NCBI GenBank assembly: GCA_965198225.1
Contig: CBDAOY010000008.1
Location: forward strand, 160,001-224,000
DNA length: 64,000 nt
Direction: 5' to 3'
Source: Terriglobia bacterium
Lineage (GTDB): Bacteria; Acidobacteriota; Terriglobia; 20CM-2-55-15
Numbering within the stretch: position 1 is the stretch's first letter; each line of letters opens with the position of its first letter. This document shows positions 10,144-19,725 of the stretch, in pieces. A model generated the notes under the pieces. That model was given only the letters and a program-made list of their open reading frames with translations, had not been told where the DNA came from and did no database searches. A program made the position numbers and the translations under genes.

Positions 10144-11298
10144 TTATGATTCCCAGCTATCGTCTGCGCCGTCGGCGAGGGTAAACCGGGAGTCGGTGTC
10201 CAACACCCGGGCGTGTTCGGCGCGCCACCCCACACTCACGGTATCGCCTGGCTTGCCGCTGTGTACTCCAGTGACGTCGACGCGGACGACGCCCTCGCCG
10301 AGGCGAATGGTGAGGCGAGTGACGCTCCCAAGATATGCGGTGTCGACCAGCAGGCCGCTCCGGGCGAACTCCTGCTCCTGAGCCAGGGAGGAGCCGAGCA
10401 CGATGTGTTCGGGCCGGATCGAAACCAGAACCGAATCGCCCTTCGATGGCTCGAACCCGGGCGCCAGGCATCCGCGCATGGTCCCGAACGGCGTTTCGAC
10501 CGTGGTGTCTTTTCCGTTCGTGTCCCCAAGCCGGCCCTCGATGAGGTTCGCCTCGCCGATGAAGTCGGCGACATAGGCGGTCGCCGGCGCCTGGTAAATA
10601 TCGATCGGGCTGCCCTGCTGCACGACGCGCCCGTGATCCATCACCACAACGGTATCGGAGAGGTTCAGCGCCTCTTCCTGATCGTGCGTGACGTAGACGA
10701 AAGTAACACCGACCTCACGCTGCAACTTCTTGAGCTCGTTCTGCATGTGCTTGCGCATCTTCAAGTCGAGCGCCCCGAGCGGCTCGTCGAGCAGCAGGAC
10801 CCTCGGCCGCGTGACCAGCGCTCGTGCTAGTGCGACCCGCTGTTGCTGCCCGCCCGACATCTGGTTCGGATACTTGGCAAGCTGCCCGGCGAGCCCGAGC
10901 AGGTCGACCATTTCGGCGACCCGGGCCTCAATGCTGCTCCTGCACATTTTCTGCATGCGGAGTCCGAAGGCCACGTTCTCTTCGGCCGTCATGTGCGGGA
11001 AGAGCGCGTAATTCTGGAAGACCATCCGCGTGACCCGGCGGGACGGGTCTTTCTGGAAGACCGGCATGCCCGCGACCCGGATCGTGCCTTCGTCGGGCAC
11101 CTCCAGGCCCCCGATCATGCGCAGTGTAGTGGTTTTGCCGCAACCGCTTGGGCCGAGCAGCGTGACGAACCGGCCGCTCTCGACGGCCAGATCGATTCCG
11201 TCCACCGCGGCAAATGCACCGAAGCGTTTCACAACGCCGTGCAGCTCGACGTCGAGTGAGCTCACCGGACTGCTCGACTTGCCGGCACCATCGATCAC
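10144..11298 (-). CDS. potA: PotA-like ABC transporter ATPase
   Basis: GPSGCGKTT, MSGGQQQRVALARAL, LLLDEPLGALD and a TOBE tail. Confidence 0.9.
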   Translation of the reverse strand: MIDGAGKSSSPVSSLDVELHGVVKRFGAFAAVDGIDLAVESGRFVTLLGPSGCGKTTTLRMIGGLEVPDEGTIRVAGMPVFQKDPSRRVTRMVFQNYALFPHMTAEENVAFGLRMQKMCRSSIEARVAEMVDLLGLAGQLAKYPNQMSGGQQQRVALARALVTRPRVLLLDEPLGALDLKMRKHMQNELKKLQREVGVTFVYVTHDQEEALNLSDTVVVMDHGRVVQQGSPIDIYQAPATAYVADFIGEANLIEGRLGDTNGKDTTVETPFGTMRGCLAPGFEPSKGDSVLVSIRPEHIVLGSSLAQEQEFARSGLLVDTAYLGSVTRLTIRLGEGVVRVDVTGVHSGKPGDTVSVGWRAEHARVLDTDSRFTLADGADDSWES

Positions 11299-12370
11299 GC
11301 CGCCTTCACTTCGTTCCAGATCTCGTTCCAGCGCGACTTGTTCTCCGGCATGCCTTTGAAGACCAGCTGGTCGACCTTTGAGATGTCGATGCCGAGATCC
11401 TCCACCAGCTCTGGCTCCAACCGATCGACCGCCGCCCGGGACGCCGGCGCGTAGCGTGTCGTCCGGGCCATGAACTCGCCGTAGTCGGCACTGAGCGTGA
11501 AGTTGGCGTAATCCTGCACCAGATCCAGCTGATCGGTGCCCTTGACCGGTGTGATCGATTCACTCCGATGGCGCCCTCTTTCGGCCAGGCCCAGCCGATA
11601 TCGACGCCGGCGCTCCGCAACGGCGCCACGACGGCGAGGAAAGTCCAGGCCACCACGACTTCGCCGGATGCCAGCATGTTCTGCACGTCGGCGACGTTTC
11701 GGTAGTAGGCACGAACGAGAGGCTTTTGCGAGATCAGCAGCTTCTTGACTTCCTGGAGCTCGCTCTCCCCCATCGAGTAGGGCTCGGTGATGCCGAGCTT
11801 CAGGGCCGCAATCGCGAGAGTGTCCTCGGGCTCGTCGCGGATGGCGATGCGGCCGCCGAACTTCGGGTCGAACAGCGCGTCGAGCGAGTCCACCTCTCCG
11901 GTCTCTGCGCGGTTGAACGCCATTGCATTAGCGCCCCAGACGAATGGAACGCCGTAGAGATCGCCGTCGACACGCCATTGTGGCGACTGCCTGAACTCGT
12001 CAAATACGTGCCGGCTGTTCGTCAGCCTGGAAGGATCGAGCGGCTCGATCAACCCCGCCCGAACGGCAGGCAGCACGTAGTTCTGGGTCGGAACGATCAT
12101 GTCGTAGATTCTGGTGCCGCCGCCTCGCAGCTTGGCCATCATTTCATCCGAGCTGCTGTAGAAGGTCGATCTCAGCTCTACTCCGAGCTTTGCCCGGGCC
12201 TCGTCGATGAAACCCGGCTCGCCCCAGGTCGACCATGTAAAGAGGTCGAGAGCCTTGTCGTCGCCGCAGGCACCGGTCAGCGCCGTTCCCATCCCGGCAA
12301 GAAGGAGCTGGTTGAAGCGCCGGCGCGACATATCGCGCGGCAGCAAGATACTGATTGAATCCCGATCCAT
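11295..12370 (-). pseudogene. potD: PotD-like substrate-binding Tat lipoprotein, frameshifted near 11560
   Basis: SRRRFNQ twin-Arg motif and LTGAC lipobox. PotD-like sequence runs to WPKEGAIG, and the C-terminal part (ITPVKGTDQLDLVQDYANF...WNEIWNEVKAA) is in another frame. Confidence 0.8.
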
Positions 12371-12371
12371 C

Positions 12372-13175
12372 CTAAACTCCTTGTGGCGACAGCTTCTGCG
12401 CCCGACGGAGCGACACTTCCGCAACGACGGCGAACGAAGCGCTGACGATCGTGGTGAGTGTCGCGATCGCGTTCACTTCAGGCGTGAGGCCGAATCGAAG
12501 CATTGACCAGACGACCATCGGCAGGGTGTTTTCCGTGCCGGTCGTGAAGAACGTCACGATGACCTCGTCGAACGATAATGTAAACGACATCAAACCGGCT
12601 GCGATAATAGCCGGTTTCAAGAAGGGTATCGTGATCTCCCGGAAAATGGTAAGCGTACCCGCCCCCAGGTCCCAGGCGGCTTCCTCTATCGCCCGGTCGA
12701 AGCCTGCCAGCCGGGCCGACGCGATCAAGATGACATAAGGCAGCGTCATCACGACATGACCGGCGATGACGGTCACCAGCGACAGATCGCTCCGGATCAG
12801 GTTGTAGAACGTGAGCAGGGCGATGCCGATGATCAGTCGCGGCACCATCATCGGCGTGAGGCTGAACGCCCGCAGCGCGGCTGCCGTGCGGCCGGCGTAG
12901 TGATGGATTCCCACCGCAGCAGTGATGCCAAGCGTGAGACTGATCACGAGCGTTGTCATGGCGACGATGAGGCTGTTTCCAATCGCGCCATGCATGGCGC
13001 TGTTTGCGAAGAGCCTGGCGTACCAGTCGAGCGTGAAACCGGAGAGCGGAAAACGGCTGATTGGCGAGTCGTTGAAAGAAAAAAGGGCGACCACGAAGAG
13101 CGGGGCGAACAGGAAGAACAGGACGAGTGCGGTCCAGAGGCCGAGGAAGAGCCTGGCCGTATCCCTGCGCCTCAT
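12372..13175 (-). CDS. potC: PotC-like ABC permease
   Basis: FSFND...FTLDWY, EEAAWDLGA and SFDEVIVTFFT. Confidence 0.9.
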   Translation of the reverse strand: MRRRDTARLFLGLWTALVLFFLFAPLFVVALFSFNDSPISRFPLSGFTLDWYARLFANSAMHGAIGNSLIVAMTTLVISLTLGITAAVGIHHYAGRTAAALRAFSLTPMMVPRLIIGIALLTFYNLIRSDLSLVTVIAGHVVMTLPYVILIASARLAGFDRAIEEAAWDLGAGTLTIFREITIPFLKPAIIAAGLMSFTLSFDEVIVTFFTTGTENTLPMVVWSMLRFGLTPEVNAIATLTTIVSASFAVVAEVSLRRAQKLSPQGV

Positions 13176-14017
13176 TGGGCGCCCCGAAGACGTCCGCCGC
13201 GAAGCATGAGGGCCGCCGCGACGAAGATGAATCCCATCAGCACCAGCGCGAGCGCCGAACCGAACGGATAGTCATATGTCACCCCGAATTGCTGCGCGAT
13301 GATGCTGCCGATCATGATGCTCCGCGTCCCCCCCAGAAGCTCGGGCGTGACGAAGGCTCCCATGGACGGGATGAAAACGAACAGGCATCCTGTTGCGACG
13401 CCGGGCAGGCTGAGCGGCAGGATCACCGAGAAGAACGTCCGGACGTGACCGCCGCCCAGATCCCACGCCGCTTCGAGAACGTTGGGATCGATCCTCTCCA
13501 GCACCGCGTAAAGAGGGAGGATCAGATAGGGCATGTAAATATGAACGAGGGCGATCGATACGGCGAAATCGGAATAGAGCAGCCAGGTTACAGGCTCGCT
13601 GGTCAAACCCATCGCCAGCAGAAGGCGATTGACCACGCCTTCGGTTCCCAGGATCAGCATCCAGGCGTAGGAACGGACCAGATAGCTCGTCCAGAGCGGC
13701 AGAATTACCAGCATTAGGAGCGTCAGCTTGAAATATCGAACCTTCCTGGCGAGAAAATACGCCACCGGGTACCCGATCAATAGAGAGAGCACTGTGACGA
13801 AGATCGACAATCGGATGGTCCGGGCGAACACGCCGACGTAGAGGTCCCCCGAGATCCTCCGGTAGTTGTTCAGCGTGAAGTCGGCGACGATCTGGTAATC
13901 GATGACGCGCCAGAAGCTATAGAGGACAATCGCCGCCATCGGCATGACGAAGAAAACCAGCAGCCACAGTTTCGGCGCGGCAAGGAATGCGAGGTTGGTG
14001 GTCGTCGAACGACGCAT
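13172..14017 (-). CDS. potB: PotB-like ABC permease
   Basis: LPLWTSYLVRSYAW, LEAAWDLGG and PELLGG. Confidence 0.9.
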   Translation of the reverse strand: MRRSTTTNLAFLAAPKLWLLVFFVMPMAAIVLYSFWRVIDYQIVADFTLNNYRRISGDLYVGVFARTIRLSIFVTVLSLLIGYPVAYFLARKVRYFKLTLLMLVILPLWTSYLVRSYAWMLILGTEGVVNRLLLAMGLTSEPVTWLLYSDFAVSIALVHIYMPYLILPLYAVLERIDPNVLEAAWDLGGGHVRTFFSVILPLSLPGVATGCLFVFIPSMGAFVTPELLGGTRSIMIGSIIAQQFGVTYDYPFGSALALVLMGFIFVAAALMLRGGRLRGAQ

Positions 14018-14031
14018 GTCGGATCAGATGG

Positions 14032-15297
14032 TCACGAAGTCGCAGACTTCCCGGCAAGACTGCCGGCCACGAAATCGTCGTATACCAGTGCCTTGCTGTT
14101 GTGGGTCAGTCGTTCGTGCCCCGTTTCGGTGACGATCATGGTGTCCTCGCACAGGAAACCCTGTACGCCCTGCATGTAGTAACCGACTTCGATGTTCAGG
14201 GACATGCCGGGTTCCAGCCCGCCTTCGACCGAGGGCATCAGGAACGCGGACTTCGAGGCGTCGGCAAGCGTGACGATCGGGGGATCGTAGACGCTGATGC
14301 CAATGCCGTGGCCGCAGTGGAAGCGGTCGAAGTCCACCAGGCCGGCCGTCTGGCCGGGTTGCATCGCTGCGCGGTAGATCTCCCGCACGTCTGCGCCGGG
14401 CTTTATCAGGGCGATGGCATTCTCGACACCCTCGGACAGCGCGTCCCATATTCTCTGCTGCTCTTCGGTCGGCGTGCCCACGACGACGGCATGGGCGGTG
14501 TCGGAGTGATAGTAGCCGTAGGTGCAGCCGATGTCGTAGCGCACGATGTTGTTGCTCTCGATGATCTTGTCGGACTTGAGGATGTGTGGATACGAGGTCC
14601 GGCTGCCGCTGCCGAGGATCATGAAGCTCGGCCGGGCGTCCTGGTCGACGATCCGGCAGTGATAGTCGTGGACGATGTCACTTTCCTTCGCGCCGGGCTG
14701 AACCAGTCGGTAGGCCTGATTGATCGCCTCTTCGGTGATACGCGAGGCTTCGCGGAGACGATGGATCTCTTCCGGGGTTTTCACCATCCGAATCTCCCAC
14801 CAGACGGAGTTTCCAGGGACGAAATCCGCGTTCGGGAAGCTCCGCTTTAGCTCCGAGAAGAAGGAAGGCGACATGCCGATCTCGTCAACGGCAATGCGGC
14901 CCTTTTCGAGGCCACGTGCTTCGATCGCCGCGATCAGGCCGTCAACGGCGCGCCTGACCGTGTGAGCTCGCTCGAGGAGGGCTTTACCCTCGCTGCCGAC
15001 GCGGTCCATCTTCCTGCCCCCGGCCGGACCCCGCTTGAAGGGGCTGAAGATGTAGATGTCTTCGACCCAGGCGTCACCGTCGACGATGGCTTCGAGTTCG
15101 AGGCTGGGCGCGATGAGGGATGCCTGCGGGCTGTGGGCGGCAGCAAAAAGCGAGTAGACCTGGAAGCCCTTGTTGGCCCAGTGCGTGATGCACTCGTAGT
15201 CTGTCGCGTACATGACGTTGTCGGGAGAGGTGGCCACGATCGCATCGATACCATCCCTCGCCATGATCCGTTCCGCACGCGGCTGGTTAAACAACAT
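14032..15297 (-). CDS. M24 family (Xaa-Pro peptidase/creatinase-like) hydrolase
   Basis: Creatinase-N region, RMVKTPEE, and metal ligands in DIG..YHSD, HCGHGIG, NIEVG and CEDT. Confidence 0.88.
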   Translation of the reverse strand: MLFNQPRAERIMARDGIDAIVATSPDNVMYATDYECITHWANKGFQVYSLFAAAHSPQASLIAPSLELEAIVDGDAWVEDIYIFSPFKRGPAGGRKMDRVGSEGKALLERAHTVRRAVDGLIAAIEARGLEKGRIAVDEIGMSPSFFSELKRSFPNADFVPGNSVWWEIRMVKTPEEIHRLREASRITEEAINQAYRLVQPGAKESDIVHDYHCRIVDQDARPSFMILGSGSRTSYPHILKSDKIIESNNIVRYDIGCTYGYYHSDTAHAVVVGTPTEEQQRIWDALSEGVENAIALIKPGADVREIYRAAMQPGQTAGLVDFDRFHCGHGIGISVYDPPIVTLADASKSAFLMPSVEGGLEPGMSLNIEVGYYMQGVQGFLCEDTMIVTETGHERLTHNSKALVYDDFVAGSLAGKSATS

Positions 15298-15599
15298 GGG
15301 GGCTCCTTTCGATTGCCCGCTGGGGGTGTTCCGATTCGGTAGTAGGGGCTTAGACCCCACTACCTCCGATTCTCGCTAGACCTCGAATCGGGCTGTGTCT
15401 TGCCAAAGAACGCATTCTATACAAGAGCGGCCGGAACCGGGTCAACGAATCCGATCCCCCTATGCGAGAGTTTGATTGCGCCCGACCCTCTCTTCCGTAA
15501 TACTTGCCCAGTTTTCCGGGAATGGCTCAGTTACGAAATCCGCTGCGAGGCTGAGCTCACAATGCTGGACGAGGTGCTCCAGGAACCGAAGGAGGTTGA

Positions 15600-15884
15600 A
15601 TGAGGCTGAAGATCGTTAGCACGCTTTTCCTGTGCCTCGTGCTGTTCGCTGGATGTGGAACAACACCCGCCCATGAGCCCCCCGAACCGGAGCCGACCAC
15701 AGACATCGGTCACGATAACGTGATGATCGACCTGTGGGAAGCGAACGCCATCGCGTTCGGAACCGTGGCCAGCGCCGGAGACATCGAGCAGCGTGTGGCC
15801 GAGGGCTTTTCGGCGCTTCTCATGTCGGGAGACCATGCGGATTCGACCATCGAACTCGGAAGAACCGCCGCTGGTCGCCAGTAG
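15600..15884 (+). CDS. Small lipoprotein, probably an internally deleted HpcH-like aldolase paralog
   Basis: LFAGC lipobox. The N- and C-terminal segments resemble both ends of 27057-28064. Confidence 0.5.
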   Translation: MRLKIVSTLFLCLVLFAGCGTTPAHEPPEPEPTTDIGHDNVMIDLWEANAIAFGTVASAGDIEQRVAEGFSALLMSGDHADSTIELGRTAAGRQ

Positions 15885-16004
15885 TTCGACAACACCAGAA
15901 CTGCCGACTTAACGGCTTCTGTGGACACAACTTGATCGGGCCGCGTTCGATTCCGGTCCCAAGCGTTTAATCAGCAATCGCTAACTTACGGAAGGAAGGC
16001 CACC

Positions 16005-16502
16005 ATGATGAGGCGTAAGAGCGCATTCGTAGCTGCAATGGGCTGCCTGGCAGTTCTCGCTTTCGGATGCACTGCAACGATCGAACCCAGCGAGACCCAG
16101 TCTGAGCCGCCCGCCGAGAATGTGCGCACGGTGATTCGACCCGAGGACTACCCCTACTTCGGGTTCCCATACAGCCCCGGCATCCTTGTCGGCGACACGC
16201 TCTACATCGCCGGCCACCTGGGACGCGATCCGGAGAGCACCGAATTGGTGGAGGGCGGACTCGAAGCCGAAACGCGGCAGGCGATGGCGAACATTCGCGA
16301 GGTGCTGACCGAAGCCGGCATGGGATTCGACGACGTCGTTTCGGTGACGGCCTACATCGCGAACATCGACGACTTCCCGAGGTTCAACGCGGTTTACCGC
16401 GAGTATTTCCCGGACGACCCGCCGGCGAGGGCCACCGTGCAGGTGGCGGCGCTGAACGTGGGCGGGCAGGTCGAGCTCCAGATGATCGCGGTCAAGCAAT
16501 AG
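16005..16502 (+). CDS. RidA/YjgF family protein with lipoprotein signal
   Basis: PYSPGILVGDTLYIAG, FNAVYREYF, PPARATV and VELQMIA. LAFGC lipobox. Confidence 0.88.
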   Translation: MMRRKSAFVAAMGCLAVLAFGCTATIEPSETQSEPPAENVRTVIRPEDYPYFGFPYSPGILVGDTLYIAGHLGRDPESTELVEGGLEAETRQAMANIREVLTEAGMGFDDVVSVTAYIANIDDFPRFNAVYREYFPDDPPARATVQVAALNVGGQVELQMIAVKQ

Positions 16503-16506
16503 CGAG

Positions 16507-16720
16507 GTGTAGGTGCGGTCTATGACCGCACACTCCTCGAACCGAAACGATGTGCGCTCACAGAGCGCACCTACACCCGATCGTGAAGTGCGTCGCTTAC
16601 TGATTCGAACGGGCTTAGCCCGTGCCAGAGGGTTCCCTACAGATGTTGTGGCCACCAATCGGTCTATGACCGCACATTCTTCGGGGCGAAACGTTGTGCG
16701 CTCATAGAGCGCGCCTACAC
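16507..16720. repeat. Two REP doublets (16507-16576, and 16660-16720 partial)
   Basis: Same GTAG-palindrome family as 7155-7227. Confidence 0.85.
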
Positions 16721-17124
16721 TGTTTTGGATGGCGATCGTCTAAAGCCGTCAATGAAGTCTCGGGTAGCGCTTGTTGCGGTCTGGTTCCTTGGAATCCTCA
16801 CTCTGAATGGAGTGGCGCATTTGCAGAAGCCGGAGTATGGAGGAATCGGCGAAGCCTGGACTTCGTCGCCGGATGGTGACCCGGTGGAAGTGGCAGAGCA
16901 ATAGCCAGTCGGCTCCCGGCTTTTCGTCGCGTTCCGGAGATTCGATCCTGTGCCCGGTACGGACGAAATCCGAATCGGTCATTGCACTGAACTTCGACCT
17001 TTCGTAGTATTTACAAAATTTTCTCCAACGATTCTAGTTGGACCGAACCCTCGCTGCTCGGGATCGATGGCGGGGTATTGATCGGCAGCTTGGGTCGGCG
17101 AGACCCACAAGGGAGAACATCATC

Positions 17125-17946
17125 ATGCAGCACGACCATGAAGAATCGAAGGTCAGGAGGTACCGAAGAGGGGGGTTGCTCCTGATTGCCGCACTGATCG
17201 TCGTAGGGATGTGGAATCCGGTTTCAAGCGGGGAGGCCGCGCGGACCGGGTCGATCATGCAAAGCGGGACCGCCTGGGACGGAGTCTATACCGACGCCCA
17301 GGCAAGGGCCGGCGAGACGGTATTCCAGGCCAACTGCGACGTTTGTCACGGAGAGACGGCCCGGGGCGGAGGCTCGGAGGGCACGAGACTCAACGAGCCC
17401 GGTTTCTTCGAGAACTGGCGCGAGGACACCGTTGGGAGTCTTTACACGAAGGTCCGATCGACCATGCCCCGTCGCAGCCCTCCGCTGAGCGACCCGGAGT
17501 ACCTGGTTGCCGTGGCGTTCCTCCTGGAGAAGCTCGGTTTCCCCGCCGGGGACGTCGAACTGAATCCCAGTTCAGCCGGCAACATTCGAATCGAAGGCAA
17601 AGACGGTCCAAAGCCGCTGCCTCCCAATTCGCTGGTTAAAACCGCCGGTTGCATGACGCAGGTCGGTGGGGACTGGACGCTGACGATGGCCACCAATCCG
17701 ACGCGGAACAGAAATCCGGATCCGGAGAGGGCATCCACGCCGGAAGAACTGGGTGCCGCACGCGGCCTCCCGATGGGCGACCTGACGTTCAACCTCGCGA
17801 ACTTCTTCATGCTTGGCGATTTCGACCCCGCTGCCCACGAGGGTCACAGGATGCTCGCGAGAGGTGCGCTGATCAGCCGTCCCAGCGGAGATCGCATCAG
17901 CCTGACCAACATGGACATGCTGAGTCCCGGGTGTGACCCACAGTGA
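17125..17946 (+). CDS. Exported monoheme cytochrome c
   Basis: WDGVYTDAQARAGE..F..NCDVCHG with a distal TMP. N-terminal hydrophobic segment. Confidence 0.85.
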   Translation: MQHDHEESKVRRYRRGGLLLIAALIVVGMWNPVSSGEAARTGSIMQSGTAWDGVYTDAQARAGETVFQANCDVCHGETARGGGSEGTRLNEPGFFENWREDTVGSLYTKVRSTMPRRSPPLSDPEYLVAVAFLLEKLGFPAGDVELNPSSAGNIRIEGKDGPKPLPPNSLVKTAGCMTQVGGDWTLTMATNPTRNRNPDPERASTPEELGAARGLPMGDLTFNLANFFMLGDFDPAAHEGHRMLARGALISRPSGDRISLTNMDMLSPGCDPQ

Positions 17947-17968
17947 GCGTGATCCGTCCGACCACGGC

Positions 17969-18625
17969 CTATTGAGTCGCCTGAAGGTTGCGACCGAGCT
18001 CCCACAGGATGTTCAAGCGGGAAGCGATCGCGGTTTGCTGAGCCACGTCGACGACGTCGGCGTGGAGCGTCCCCAGGATGTCGGACAGGGTGCGCCCAGC
18101 CAGGCCCCCGATCATTGCCAATCGTTCGTCGAGGCGTCTCGCAGCGAACGCGTCTCGGTCGTAGGGGAACGTTTCGGGGTCGCGTCCCGCGAGGGAGCGG
18201 AAGATATCCCTAGCAGCGTCTTCCAGTTCGTCCGATTTCTCTCGAATATCCTGGCGGGCCCACGGATCCTCGAGCGGCGCAAAGCGGAAAGAGCGAAACT
18301 CCACGGAGAGTCGGCCCAGTTTCGCGACATCCTTCAATAGATCACGGAGCTGCCTTCCCCGCCGGTCAATCCGACCTGGAGTTCCAGTCGTCCCCGACCA
18401 TCCGGGCCCTGCCGACGAAGGAGGGGCTCCCGACAGGACGCCGTCTTCATCGAATCCAAGGGTGTCGAAATCGATGCCTCGACTCTCGTCCTCAGCCTCC
18501 CGTGCTCTCTGCTCGAACTCTCGGGCTCTCCGCATCGCCTCGACGGTGTCGGGCCACGTCTGAGCGGGAGCAAGGGAGGGGAACAGAAGGATGCACATCG
18601 GAATGGCGTAGTAGATTGCCCTCAT
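17969..18625 (-). CDS. Hypothetical exported helical protein
   Basis: Signal-like MRAIYYAIPMCILLFPSLAPA. No motif recognised. Confidence 0.55.
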   Translation of the reverse strand: MRAIYYAIPMCILLFPSLAPAQTWPDTVEAMRRAREFEQRAREAEDESRGIDFDTLGFDEDGVLSGAPPSSAGPGWSGTTGTPGRIDRRGRQLRDLLKDVAKLGRLSVEFRSFRFAPLEDPWARQDIREKSDELEDAARDIFRSLAGRDPETFPYDRDAFAARRLDERLAMIGGLAGRTLSDILGTLHADVVDVAQQTAIASRLNILWELGRNLQATQ

Positions 18626-18769
18626 CGGAGAAACCCCGGATCCGTCTGAAGCCAATGATGCGACGTTCGCGGGCGGAAGAGAAGACAAAACCGGTGGAGC
18701 CAACTGATTCCGACCGGCGCCGGCAGCTATAACGGACGCGTCTGGTGCTTCAACGAAGTGCGGGGAGTC

Positions 18770-19417
18770 TCAAAGCGCGGCGATGACCTCGACGGCGGTC
18801 TGGGGTTCCGGGCGAAACCTGTAATCCGGGTTCACTTCTACGTCGCGGATCGTGCCACCCGAATCGATGATGAATCGGGCCGGCATCGGTAAGGTCCAGC
18901 TGGCTTCGCCGTGGTTGGTTGCCAGATCGATGCCAAAGCTCAGGTAGACTTCCTGGAGATCGTCGGGCAGGCGGAAGCGAATCCCGAATCGTGCGGCCAC
19001 TTCGTTGCCCGGGTCCGACAGAATGTCGAAGGTCAGCTTGTGCCTTTCGATCATCTCCAGGCTGTGCTCGGCCAGTTGCGGTGTGACAACGACCAGCGTC
19101 GCCCCTCGTTCTTTCAAGCTTGCGACGATTCCTTGCAGAGCGTACAGCTCCGCGTTGCAGTAGGGTCACCACTTGCCCCGGAAGAAGCTCAGGACCAGGG
19201 CACCTTTCGCGAGCAGACGTTCCGATTCGACCAGTTCCCCCCGGGTGTTCGGAAGCGCAAAGTGCGGAACCGGGTCACCGACCCGGACGACGCCATCCAT
19301 GATGCCCGATGCCCGCAGGTCCTCGGTGGCCCGGTGCATGATCGCTTGTTTGTCGGGCGGGATGCGGGTCTTGGCACCCGCGCGAATCTTTTCGAGTTGT
19401 TCCGTGAGCCTCACCAC
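18770..19417 (-). CDS. Peroxiredoxin-like (AhpC/TSA) selenoprotein with UPYC motif
   Basis: ORFs 19166-19417 and 18770-19117 are in frame and join as FFRGKW-TGA-PYCNAEL. The TGA at 19166-19168 sits at the first Cys of the WCPYCN motif. The C-terminus has LPMPARFIID. Confidence 0.85.
19135..19168 (-). promoter_or_regulatory. Putative bacterial SECIS hairpin
   Basis: UGA, then 12 nt, then the stem-loop GCGGAGC-UGUAC-GCUCUGC with GU in the apical loop. Confidence 0.6.
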
Positions 19418-19441
19418 GGCTTCCCTTTCGCTGCAGCAACG

Positions 19442-19717
19442 CTAGTGTCCTGAGTTAGAAATACGTTCACTATCTCCGATGGATGTTGCCACCCGCCGGG
19501 TGGACGTTGAACCGATCGACAACGGGGGTATGCACGCGGCCGGCTCGGCCCTCACAGCCGGCAACTTCCATCGGCCCTGCGGGTTCGGGCGGAACGGCGC
19601 TGTCTTTGGAGTCGCTCCTCCTCGCAATGAATGAGCATTAGCTCGTCGTCGCTCCACCAAATCCAGCGTCGTTGCGCTCCGAAATATAGCAAACGTACGT
19701 CTAACTCAGGACACTAG
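19442..19717 (-). mobile_element. CTAG-bounded structured element, copy B (inverted)
   Basis: Terminal inverted repeat CTAGTGTCCTGAGTTAGA / TCTAACTCAGGACACTAG. The reverse-complement core matches copies A and C. Confidence 0.75.
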
Positions 19718-19725
19718 GTGCATCG

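Noticed and set aside
16749-17007. Short ORFs between the REPs and the cytochrome c gene
   Set aside because: No RBS or motif support. Possibly a decayed fragment, but I cannot assign it.
19166-19168. Nonsense mutation in the redoxin
   Set aside because: The stop is TGA at the catalytic Cys position and is followed by a SECIS-like hairpin, so Sec is the better explanation.
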